Of a DNA stretch of 32,000 nt, positions 1-8,420 are shown piece by piece. The stretch is from Nostoc punctiforme PCC 73102 (GTDB taxonomy: Bacteria; Cyanobacteriota; Cyanobacteriia; Cyanobacteriales; Nostocaceae). A program made the position numbers and the translations under genes. The notes under the pieces are model-generated. The model was not told the origin of the DNA, did not search any database, and was given only the letters and a program-made list of their open reading frames with translations. Location: assembly GCF_000020025.1 (NCBI RefSeq), contig NC_010628.1:3810001-3842000 (forward strand), in the 5' to 3' direction. Each line of letters opens with the position of its first letter. Positions within the stretch are counted from its first letter, which is position 1.

Positions 1-599
1 CCTAATAAAATGGCAAAACTCAAGAAAGTACCGAGGAATTCAATCAACATCCGGTTGCGGATATTGTCTTGGGAATGTCTGACCGAGATTTGTAATAACT
101 GTTCCTCCCTAGCTTGCATTTGAGTAAGCATTTCGCGAATTTGATTACGGTTTTGGTTGCTTTGAGTAAGTAGAGGTGCTTGAATAGCAAAGCTTGATTT
201 ACCTACTTCTTTGAGGTTAATCGACTGTTTAGATAATTGAACTCTTTGAGCAATGAGGAATTTTAGCTTCGTTATTTGCTGCTGTTGATAAGAGTCATCA
301 GCAAGTTGTTGCTGCAATTTTTTAACTTTGGCATCCAGGCTTTGCATTGCCTGATAGTAACGTTTGAGTTCTGATTGCTCTCTATATAGGATATAACCTC
401 TGCGTCCTGCTTCTGCATCGGTTAGTGTAGCAAAGATGTCAATAACATTTTTCATTACCTCATGTGTGTCCTTCACTTGATTGCTACTTGTAATTAACTG
501 AGTAGCGTTCTGGTAAGAAATCATACTAGCTGCACCCATTAATAATAAGCTCAAGCCAAAGCCAGAGGTTATCCATTTCCTTTCCAGCGACCATTTCAT
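1..599 (-). CDS. N-terminal part of a CHASE3-domain sensor protein, probably a histidine kinase. The gene runs off the left edge of the window.
   Basis: It is absent from the ORF track because it is truncated by the window edge. A reverse-strand ATG at 599-597 opens MKWSLERKWITSGFGLSLLLMGAASMISYQNATQLITSSNQVKDTHEVMKNVIDIFATLTDAEAGRRGYILYRE.... That is one TM helix followed by the V-x-H-T-x-E-V ... DAE-x-G-x-RGY pattern typical of CHASE3. The frame stays open to position 1. Confidence 0.75.
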   Translation of the reverse strand, partial: MKWSLERKWITSGFGLSLLLMGAASMISYQNATQLITSSNQVKDTHEVMKNVIDIFATLTDAEAGRRGYILYREQSELKRYYQAMQSLDAKVKKLQQQLADDSYQQQQITKLKFLIAQRVQLSKQSINLKEVGKSSFAIQAPLLTQSNQNRNQIREMLTQMQAREEQLLQISVRHSQDNIRNRMLIEFLGTFLSFAILL

Positions 600-717
600 A
601 GAAAAAATTAATTAATCATTAATGGTTCAGAGTCCATATCTTATCCAAGACCTTACATCAAAGTAAAGATTTTTCCAATAAAAGCAATAAAAGCTTAGTT
701 CATAATTACTTGTATTA

Positions 718-862
718 CTAACCGATTTTTACCCGATTTTTGCCCTTTATCTCCACAGCTATTTGTTAAAATACTTTTAAAATCAACTCCTTCTGCAATT
801 GTGCATCACATTAAGTATTCTTCAAATAAATTTAACTGTTTATTTGGAGAAATTTTATTTTC
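718..862 (+). ncRNA. Candidate small RNA or 5' leader cassette, copy A (paralog of 9151-9300)
   Basis: 718-768 matches 9151-9201 at 43/51 positions with no gaps. It contains the phased repeats ACCGATTTTT/ACCCGATTTTT and an extended -10-like TGTTAAAAT at 764-772. A CU-rich AACTCCTTCT lies at 785-794. A stem-loop at 819-830/839-850 (one G-U pair) is followed by AATTTTATTTT. The cassette lies 55 nt upstream of the PBP start codon. Confidence 0.35.
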
Positions 863-916
863 TTTATATTTATATAGGTAAAACCAAGATTTAATAATTG
901 AGGAAATCAAATTGCC

Positions 917-2842
917 GTGTCATCCTTTAAAACTTTTGCAGAGAAACAATCACAAGTTCAGACTTTACCTACTTCTGAGTTTTTGAAAAAGGTCGGTCAA
1001 GTAACTGGTGGCACACTCCTATCAATTACTATGCTATCAAGCTCCGTGCTGGCTGGAGGGTTAGTTGGTTTAGCCATTAGTTTCCGCGATTTACCAGATG
1101 TTAGACAACTACGAAGCTTTGTACCTTCAGAAACAACTTATATCTATGATATTAAAGGCAAGCTTTTAACACGTATACATGGGGAAGCTAATCGCCAAGT
1201 AGTGCCTTTAGATCAAATTTCCCCAAATTTAAAACGAGCTGTATTAGCTAGTGAAGATAGTCGCTTTTATGAGCATCATGGTATTAATCCCGGTGGTATT
1301 GGACGCGCTGCATTAGTCAATTTTGCATCTGGGGAAGTGCGAGAGGGTGGTTCTACAATCACCATGCAGTTAGTGAAAAATATTTTCTTATCTCAAAAAC
1401 GTGCTTTTACCCGAAAAATAGCAGAAGCAGTATTAGCAATTCGCTTAGAGCAAGTTCTTAGTAAAGATGAAATATTAGAAATGTACCTCAATCAAGTTTA
1501 CTGGGGTCATAATAACTATGGTGTTCAGACAGCAGCACGCACTTATTTTAAAAAATCAGCACAAAATTTGAATCTGGGCGAATCAGCAATGATGGCGGGT
1601 TTAATTCAAGCTCCAGAAGAATTTAGCCCGTTTGTCAGCATGAAGCTGGCAAAACAAAAACAAAAAGAAGTATTGGGGCGAATGTTAGACCTGAATTGGA
1701 TTAGCCAACAAGAGTATAATGATGCCCTCAAACAAAAAATTAAACTTGGTCAAATTAGGTCATTTCAAGGTAGCGCTTTGCCTTATATTACCAACACCGT
1801 AGCTCAGGAATTAATTAAAAAGTTTGGGCGTGAAACATTGCTCAAAGGAGGAATGCAGGTACAAACTACAGTAGATACTAGCTTCCAAATGATGGCAGAA
1901 AAAACTATTAAGAAGTGGCATCAAACCCTTGAACGTCAGGGATTAAATAATAATCAAATGGCTCTAGTGGCAATTGATCCTCGCACACATTTTGTTAAAG
2001 CACTAGTGGGTGGTGTAGATTCAAAAACTAGCGAATTTAATCGAGCAACTCAAGCCCACCGTCAGCCAGGATCTTCTTTTAAGCCGTTTGTTTACTATAC
2101 TGCTTTTGCTAGTGGTAAATTTACACCACGTACAACAATCCTAGATACTCCGGTTAGTTACCGTGATGGTAACGGTTGGTATTCTCCCCGAAACTACGAT
2201 AATAGCTTTATGGGAGCAATACCAGTTCGCACTGCTCTGGCTCTGTCTCGTAATATTCCTGCAATCAAGATTGGCAAAGCTGTGGGTATGAATAAAGTTA
2301 TTGAAACTTGCCGTACTTTGGGAATTATGAGTCCAATGTTACCTGTGAGTTCTTTACCACTAGGTGCAATCGGTGTGACACCGCTAGAAATGGCTAGTGC
2401 TTATGCGACTATTGCTAATTACGGCTGGCGATCGCCTCCAACGATTATTGCCCGTGTTACTGACGGTAGTGGCAATGTGTTAATAGATAATACTCCTCAA
2501 CCTCAGCGAGTGCTTGACCCTTGGGCATCAGCAGCAACTTTAGACGTGATGCAAACAGTAGTTAGAGAAGGAACTGGTAGAGGTGCAGATATAGGTCGTC
2601 CAGTTGCAGGAAAGACGGGTACAACCTCTTCAGAAAAAGATATTTGGTTTATTGGTACAGTACCGCAGTTAACAACTGCCATTTGGGTAGGGAGGGACAA
2701 CAACCGACAATTATCTAGCCACGCGACAGGCGGAGGTATGGTTGCTCCTATTTGGCGTGATTTTATGCAGAAGGCACTCAAAGATGTACCAGTAGAAAAC
2801 TTCCAGCCACCTTCTAATTTTCCTCGTCCGAAATCAAATTAA
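917..2842 (+). CDS. Class A penicillin-binding protein (bifunctional glycosyltransferase/transpeptidase, PBP1A type)
   Basis: 641-aa ORF with a GTG start and a GAGGA box at 900-904. An N-terminal TM anchor is present. GT51 motifs are EDSRFYEHHG, GGSTITMQ and RKIAE. Transpeptidase motifs are SSFK (SxxK), SRN (SxN) and KTGTT (KTG). Confidence 0.93.
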   Translation: MSSFKTFAEKQSQVQTLPTSEFLKKVGQVTGGTLLSITMLSSSVLAGGLVGLAISFRDLPDVRQLRSFVPSETTYIYDIKGKLLTRIHGEANRQVVPLDQISPNLKRAVLASEDSRFYEHHGINPGGIGRAALVNFASGEVREGGSTITMQLVKNIFLSQKRAFTRKIAEAVLAIRLEQVLSKDEILEMYLNQVYWGHNNYGVQTAARTYFKKSAQNLNLGESAMMAGLIQAPEEFSPFVSMKLAKQKQKEVLGRMLDLNWISQQEYNDALKQKIKLGQIRSFQGSALPYITNTVAQELIKKFGRETLLKGGMQVQTTVDTSFQMMAEKTIKKWHQTLERQGLNNNQMALVAIDPRTHFVKALVGGVDSKTSEFNRATQAHRQPGSSFKPFVYYTAFASGKFTPRTTILDTPVSYRDGNGWYSPRNYDNSFMGAIPVRTALALSRNIPAIKIGKAVGMNKVIETCRTLGIMSPMLPVSSLPLGAIGVTPLEMASAYATIANYGWRSPPTIIARVTDGSGNVLIDNTPQPQRVLDPWASAATLDVMQTVVREGTGRGADIGRPVAGKTGTTSSEKDIWFIGTVPQLTTAIWVGRDNNRQLSSHATGGGMVAPIWRDFMQKALKDVPVENFQPPSNFPRPKSN

Positions 2843-2865
2843 AAATGTTCTAAGCTGAAACGCAT

Positions 2866-3162
2866 TTAATTTTTCCAGATGAAAACCTCACAGCAAGTAT
2901 TCAGAACTTTATACCTCATTGCTTCACTACTAGGTATTCTCAACTTTTGATAAACGCCACTCAGTTGAACACGTTCTGGTGGTTGATGCAAGGTTGCACA
3001 GCATCTTTGCACTGCCGCTTGATATTCACGCCATTGCTTACGAATGGCTATACTAGTGACATCATTACCTAAGTCTTCAAATTTTAGCCCAGCCCGACTA
3101 AGCCAAATTTCCACGTCAGTTGTTTCACCAAAAGGTTCGGAAAAAAGATTATTGTTAAACAT
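2866..3162 (-). CDS. Hypothetical 98-aa protein, probably co-transcribed with the upstream Rrf2 gene
   Basis: The ATG at 3162 lies 19 nt downstream of the Rrf2 stop on the same strand. The protein has two Cys-Cys pairs (QRCCATL and NTCCEV). I recognise no family. Confidence 0.4.
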   Translation of the reverse strand: MFNNNLFSEPFGETTDVEIWLSRAGLKFEDLGNDVTSIAIRKQWREYQAAVQRCCATLHQPPERVQLSGVYQKLRIPSSEAMRYKVLNTCCEVFIWKN

Positions 3163-3181
3163 TGTTACAATATTTACCTTT

Positions 3182-3619
3182 TTATATATAGTACATAAGT
3201 TCCATTTGTTGACGTTTAGACCGTCTTTCCCAAAGGTCTTGGAGGGAATGCTTTTGAAAAACGAAGTTAGCTGCTTGACAGGCTTCTTGCCAAACCTCTT
3301 CCACTATGCTCGATTCCATAGTGTCAATAGTTGTATTGTTGGCAGGTGCATCAATTTCTACTCCCTCTATGGCAGTCAAAACATCTAAAACTGTGATTTT
3401 TCGGGGGTCACGTGCTAAGATATAACCGCCCTTAGCGCCACGTATGCTATTAATTAAACCTTGACATCTTAATGTTGCCAATAGTTGTTCTAAGTAGCGA
3501 TTTTGTATGCCTTTTAGCTCTGCTATTTGTTTAATTTGCATTGGATCGCCATTCTGGTAGGAATCTACCAATGCCAACATCGCTAGAAGTGAGTATTCAA
3601 ATTTATTTGGTAGTCTCAT
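3182..3619 (-). CDS. Rrf2-family transcriptional regulator (cluster-less, CymR-like type)
   Basis: The N-terminal wHTH has the Rrf2 signature: YSLLAMLALV ... IKQIAE ... YLEQLLATLRCQGLINSIRGAKGGYILAR. It lacks the C-x5-C-x5-C Fe-S ligand triad of IscR/NsrR; the only Cys residues are C52 and C114. Confidence 0.9.
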   Translation of the reverse strand: MRLPNKFEYSLLAMLALVDSYQNGDPMQIKQIAELKGIQNRYLEQLLATLRCQGLINSIRGAKGGYILARDPRKITVLDVLTAIEGVEIDAPANNTTIDTMESSIVEEVWQEACQAANFVFQKHSLQDLWERRSKRQQMELMYYI

Positions 3620-3953
3620 CAGGCTAGATACTATACAAGCTTTTAAACTTGTAATTCTATCTAAACTCTAAAGTAATAAAGTAATATGAGCTATTTCGAT
3701 TTTTTTTCAAAAAGATAAACAAGAATGATTGACAAAATAGTAATTTAAAGGTATGCGTGTGAGTTTTCAACTTCTAACATTGTTCTAATAAACTCTTGAA
3801 GTTATTAAAGAAAGTATTGTACTAACTATTATTTTTTCCTTGCACCCTTCGCCTTCTGCTCCCTCGGCTTTAACAGCTTGTCATAAGAGAGACAGGAGTA
3901 TCTATTCTTTGTACAAGAGTAACATAAGTAATACTAAGCCAACTTAGACCTAT

Positions 3954-4343
3954 CTAAGAATATTTTCCAATGAGACTGTAAATTAGCCCAGCCAGTACAA
4001 TTAGAGTCACAATTACATAGGTATAATCTTTGAGTCGAACAAAGGCTAACAGAGAAAAAACAACTCTCATAACTGGAGTAGCAATCAGTAGCAGTAGTCC
4101 TAGTTGAATAATGCCCCGGTTACGACCTGATAATATTGATGTTTTTACCCCGGCTGGAGTGCGAAACTCTGCTGGTTCTCCCCGAAAAAACTGGTAATTA
4201 GGAACCTCAGTCCCGTGGCGAATTAAGTACAAAATTCCACCCGTTAGAACCAGAACGCTAGCAAGGATGACCCCGACTCTTAACAGATTGCCAATAAATT
4301 GCTCAAAACGCTGCTCAAACTTAGTACGTCTGTTTAGAACCAT
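3954..4343 (-). CDS. DUF1634 family membrane protein
   Basis: 129 aa with 4 predicted TM segments and the GLLLLIATPVMRV motif. Its start lies 1 nt after the TauE stop, which is the usual TauE-DUF1634 pairing. Confidence 0.75.
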   Translation of the reverse strand: MVLNRRTKFEQRFEQFIGNLLRVGVILASVLVLTGGILYLIRHGTEVPNYQFFRGEPAEFRTPAGVKTSILSGRNRGIIQLGLLLLIATPVMRVVFSLLAFVRLKDYTYVIVTLIVLAGLIYSLIGKYS

Positions 4344-4344
4344 T

Positions 4345-5181
4345 TTAAAGCCTCCCAGTTAGACCTTTGTAGATCATTTCCAGCGCCAGTACCAAAATCA
4401 CACCACTGAAAATATTCCGCAAAAGTTGTACCCTGGCTCTGACAAGTACTCGCGCCCCCAATACAGCACCGCACAGTACTCCCAACATCACTGGCATTGC
4501 TAATCCGGGGTCGATATAACCTCGGTTTAGATATATTCCTGCACTAGCTGCTGCTGTTACTCCAATCATGAAATTGCTGGTAGTTGTGGAAACTTTGAAT
4601 GGAATATGCATTATTTGATCCATTGCCAGCACTTTGAGCGCTCCCGAACCAATACCTAGCAAGCCGGAAAGTACACCAGCTATAAACATTAGCCCAAATC
4701 CAAAGGGAACACCACGCACGTTGTAAGATTGTTCTCCCGTAGAAGTTGGATAAGTACTATTTAGCTTCAAGCGTGTTGCCAGGGGATCTGGCGGTAAATT
4801 ATCGATGTTTTCGGAGTAGGGTTTACGAGATAGGTACGCACTATAAAGTAAAACAATCCCAAACACAATAGCGATCACTCCAGTAGAAATCTTCGCTGCC
4901 ACAACTGCTCCAGCTACAGCGCCGAAGGTTGTTGCTATTTCTAGGAACATCCCTAGCCGCATATTAGTGTAACCTTCCTTTACATAAGCAGAAGCTGCTC
5001 CACTAGATGTAGCAATCACAGATAGTAAAGAAGCACCAATCGCATAGTGGAGATCCACTCCACAAACTACAGATAAGAAAGGAACAATTACTACGCCACC
5101 ACCCAAGCCTGTCAAGGCTCCTAAAAATCCAGCGCTTAAAGAGCCGAACCATATTAATAGCGAAAAATCCAGAGTATTCAA
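4345..5181 (-). CDS. TauE/SafE (DUF81) family sulfite/organosulfonate-type anion exporter
   Basis: 278-aa polytopic membrane protein with duplicated Gly-rich TM motifs (GALTGLGGGVVIVP and GLLGIGSGALKV) typical of TauE/SafE. Confidence 0.88.
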   Translation of the reverse strand: MNTLDFSLLIWFGSLSAGFLGALTGLGGGVVIVPFLSVVCGVDLHYAIGASLLSVIATSSGAASAYVKEGYTNMRLGMFLEIATTFGAVAGAVVAAKISTGVIAIVFGIVLLYSAYLSRKPYSENIDNLPPDPLATRLKLNSTYPTSTGEQSYNVRGVPFGFGLMFIAGVLSGLLGIGSGALKVLAMDQIMHIPFKVSTTTSNFMIGVTAAASAGIYLNRGYIDPGLAMPVMLGVLCGAVLGARVLVRARVQLLRNIFSGVILVLALEMIYKGLTGRL

Positions 5182-5461
5182 GGTTTATTCTCCACTATTT
5201 GGTTTTATGGGTTAATACACCAATTAGTTTCACACTGGTTAGTTGGTTTTACTTTATATTTTTTCATTTCTAAAAACAAATATTTTTTCTTATTAATTGA
5301 ATAAAAGTTTTTAATCATATTGTATATATAAGCATTGAAAAAACTGTCAAAATGACAAATTGTTTATAGTTTATTCCACTAAATTTTTAGCAAATTTATA
5401 AAACAGATATTTCACCAGCTAAACTACTGTAAAACTAGCAAAATATAGTAGTTTTTTGAAC

Positions 5462-5516
5462 GTCACATTTATGCCATAACTTGGTCATAACTCTGTCATA
5501 ACTATGTCACAGATGG
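5462..5516. promoter_or_regulatory. Array of five 11-bp-phased GTCA/GCCA units (candidate transcription-factor binding array)
   Basis: The units are GTCAcatttat GCCAtaacttg GTCAtaactct GTCAtaactat GTCAcagatgg. They start at 5462, 5473, 5484, 5495 and 5506. The array lies in the divergent intergenic region between the TauE gene (start 5181) and dacB (start 5751). Confidence 0.35.
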
Positions 5517-5750
5517 CTGTTATTGTGGATGTTTTCTTAACAGATATTCTCTACATTCGATCGAATATGCTCTTTTTTATAGTCTTAAGTACAGTTTGCA
5601 GTAAAGCTGGTGAAGTAAATACAAGTAAGAGTTTCTGATTGTTGGCATCTTATTGATGAGGCTGATTTATAAGAATTTACAAGTCGAATTATAAGACTGA
5701 AGAATTTAGCATAGCAAATAACGTAATCCCATATTAGAGAGGAATAAATT

Positions 5751-6474
5751 ATGCTTGAGTTATTAGGTTCAGGCTTAGTAACGCTGTGGCTACAAAAAGC
5801 TGGAATCCAAATCAATTATTTAGATGCTTTAGATGCACTAGCTTGGCAAATTAGTCCTAGCTTGGTTCTTGCCTCAGATCCAAATCCATCTGGAAACACT
5901 ACAGTGCAAGAATATCTTCAGAAGCTAATAGCATCAAAACTGATAGCACAGAATTTGAAAGAAAACCAAGGGGTTTGGATACAGTCAGGGCCAATGCTTA
6001 TGGCTAATCACCAAGGCACAACACCTCTGCCAGCTGCCTCTTTAACCAAAATTGCTACTTCATTAGTTGCTTTCAAAACCTGGGGACCAGATCACCAATT
6101 TGAGACTTTGGTAAGTGCCACTGGGCCGGTAGTAAATGGGGTATTGGAAGGTGATTTAGTCATAGCTGGTGGTGGAGATCCAATGTTTGTTTGGCAGGAA
6201 GGAATAGCTTTAGGAAATACTCTCAATCAAATAGGCATCAAACAAGTAAAGGGAAATTTGGTAATTACTGGTAACTTCGCCATGAATTTCCAGCGTTATC
6301 CATTCTTGGCAGGTCAAATGCTCAAACAAGCACTAAATTATGCCACATGGAACCGCTCTGTTATTTTCCAATACTCAACTATGCCCAAGAGAACACCAAA
6401 GCCACAAGTCATAATTACGGGTACTATTAAAGTAAATTTACAATCTACTCCCCAACAAACTTTGTTAGTGCGTC
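5751..6474 (+). pseudogene. dacB: D-Ala-D-Ala carboxypeptidase/endopeptidase (PBP4, peptidase S13), 5' fragment cut off by an IS insertion
   Basis: It carries the active-site SxxK motif (ASLTK) and the PBP4-like GDLVIAGGGDP stretch. The reading frame runs into the IS end at 6475. Confidence 0.85.
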
Positions 6475-7743
6475 CTGAAGGGGCGACATGAAGCCTATAA
6501 AGCTGACTGTATAAGCTTCATAGCTCTCATCCCTTGTAAATAATTCTCTAGTTTATGACGACTTAATCGCATTAAATCTTGAACTAAACTCCAACAATCA
6601 CCAATGAAATTAACCCAGTTCTGTGCATAAAGACCGATATAAAAGTTACTATGCCTTCTGTGAGAACGTCCATATTCTTTGGGACGTGCCACATATTTTG
6701 CAATTCCTTTACTCTTAATATTCTGACCTTGTAATGTAGCAATAGTGTAAGCTAATGAGATGATTAAAACTAAAGCAATAAACCGCTTACCTTCCACATT
6801 TGTCTTCTCTAAATTGTAACCGCCACTTTTAAAATCTCTAAACATCTCTTCTATATCAAAGCGCTTTTGATATGCCGGAATCGCCGTTATTTTACTATTC
6901 ATGTTAGTTAAAATAAACCATCCTTCTTTGGCTTTGTTTTGACGGTAATTCTTTTTCCATTTGCAAGCCACATTAAATCCCTTCACTTGTTTAGTTTTTG
7001 TTAGCGTTGCATCTGATACAAAAAAAGATGTTCCTGGTTTTAAACCTAAATCTTTTATTTCGCACCATAAATGAGCTTTCAACTCAATATTCTCATTTTT
7101 CTTGAGTCTCAAACAAAACTCAAACCCTTGTTCATCAAGCCATTTCCGCCAAGCTCACTGAACAAAACTCTCTATCTCCTAACACTACCGTTTTATAGTT
7201 TTTAAATAAGGGAATTATCTTTGATAATGCCTTAGTTTGTTCTGATAAGTTACTACTACCTAATTTTGCTAAAAGCTTAAAGTATATCGGTATAGCTCTT
7301 TTTTGAAAAATTACACTAATCATTAGTAGATTTTTTCTTTTCCAATTCGTCCTATCAATTGCTAAATAGATTCGGTGATTTCCGAGGAAAGTTTGAGCTA
7401 ACCATCGTTCAATTATGGGAAACCATAATTCTTCTATATTCAATATTGGTAATGATAGAAACCTTTGTAACTTCTTCCGTCTCGACTGGCATTGAATGAA
7501 TAATGGTCGCGACTCTGATATTTTCTCTAGTTTCACATCTTTGATATTTTGTACTACGTTAATCACCAGCGTCAGAAATATTAATTCGGACTGTGAAAGT
7601 AAACTTTGTAGATGCTTCTGGTATAATTCAGGTAATATTTTCAACAGATAGGTCTTATTGACAATACTGACCTATCTTTTTTTACCATAATTCGCTCAAC
7701 TTAATACAGCACAAAGGCTTTCGGGTGCTTGTCCCCCCTTCAG
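6475..7743 (-). mobile_element. IS4-family insertion sequence (1269 bp) inserted in dacB
   Basis: The terminal inverted repeats are CTGAAGGGGcGACA (6475->) and CTGAAGGGGgGACA (7743<-). A 9-bp direct repeat TAGTGCGTC lies at 6466-6474 and 7744-7752. Deleting 6475-7752 restores ...QQTLLVR|HQSLPLQQLIKEMN... in frame. Confidence 0.88.
6495..7644 (-). pseudogene. IS4-family DDE transposase, split by a 1-nt frameshift
   Basis: Two ORFs cover it (7644-7135 and 7112-6495). DDE/YREK elements are AIDRTNW, LGDREF and YQKRFDIEEMFRDFK. Around 7141-7150 the sequence reads GCG GAA ATG GCT TGA, whereas dropping one A gives ...LAEWLDEQGFEFCLRLKKNE..., which is continuous with the second ORF. Confidence 0.8.
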
Positions 7744-7752
7744 TAGTGCGTC

Positions 7753-8351
7753 ACCAGTCTTTGCCTTTACAACAACTGATCAAGGAGATGAACGTTTTTA
7801 GTAATAATGACATGGCAGAGATGTTAGCAGAGTCAGTGGGAGGGTTTAGTGTAGTCCAATCAACAGCTGCTAACATTGCTGGAGTACCACAGTCAGAAAT
7901 TCAATTAATCAATGGTTCTGGACTAGGCCCAGAAAATCGCATTTCTCCTAGAGCAATTTGTGCAATGTTCATGGCGCTAGAGCGGGAAGCAGTAGCTCAT
8001 CATATGAATTTGGCTGATTTATTTCTCACTTCCGGGTTGGATCATCGAGGCACAATTCACCGCAGACATATTCCTGTTGCGACTGTAATTAAAACTGGGA
8101 CATTGCATGATGTCAGTAGTTTAGCTGGCGTGATGCCTACACGCGATCGCGGTTTGGTCTGGTTTGCAATCATCAACCGTGGCACAAACCCAGCAGGTTT
8201 CCGTTCTGAGCAAGATAAACTGTTGCAAAACTTGATGAAACAGTTGCAACTACCTCAAGTAGTTCCTAGTATCCTAACTCCCCACTTAGCAATGAACTCT
8301 TTACCTCAAATCGGTGTAGACAGTCGTAATGAAATTTTATTCAGAAACTAG
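7753..8351 (+). pseudogene. dacB: PBP4/DacB 3' fragment
   Basis: This continues the interrupted frame and contains the KTG motif (IKTGTL). The GTG start at 7725 given in the ORF track lies inside the IS end and target duplication and is an artefact. Confidence 0.85.
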
Positions 8352-8420
8352 CCTTTTCAAAAGTTATTTTTCTAAAAAAATATAGTATTATCTATTTTTT
8401 AATATAGAAATATTATCACA

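Noticed and set aside
2503-2781. 92-aa reverse-strand ORF inside the PBP1A gene. Similar nested or antisense ORFs are at 12004-12234, 12813-13004, 14039-14375, 14526-14711, 16973-17302, 18107-18858, 19390-19590, 20295-20507, 21023-21244, 23818-24060, 24722-24931, 25505-25690, 26438-26818, 27745-27927, 29230-29549 and 30431-30687.
   Set aside because: All lie wholly within longer ORFs that have clear family signatures on the other strand or frame. Their translations are low-complexity or Cys/Ser-rich shadow sequences without motifs.
3044-3388. 114-aa plus-strand ORF spanning the Rrf2 gene and the small-ORF junction
   Set aside because: It overlaps two better-supported reverse-strand genes. 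It has no motif and no plausible RBS.
5585-5815. 76-aa reverse-strand ORF overlapping the dacB start
   Set aside because: Its composition is AT-rich and intergenic-like, it overlaps the dacB start codon region, and it has no recognisable features.
7135-7150. Programmed ribosomal frameshift in the IS4-family transposase
   Set aside because: IS4-family transposases are normally single ORFs, and the site (GGAAAT) is not a canonical slippery heptamer with a downstream structure. A 1-nt insertion mutation is the simpler explanation. Comparison with other copies would settle it.
7725-7752. GTG start of track ORF 7725-8351 (MLVPPSVVR...)
   Set aside because: These codons are encoded by the IS terminus and the target-site duplication. 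The real reading frame is the continuation of the dacB 5' fragment.
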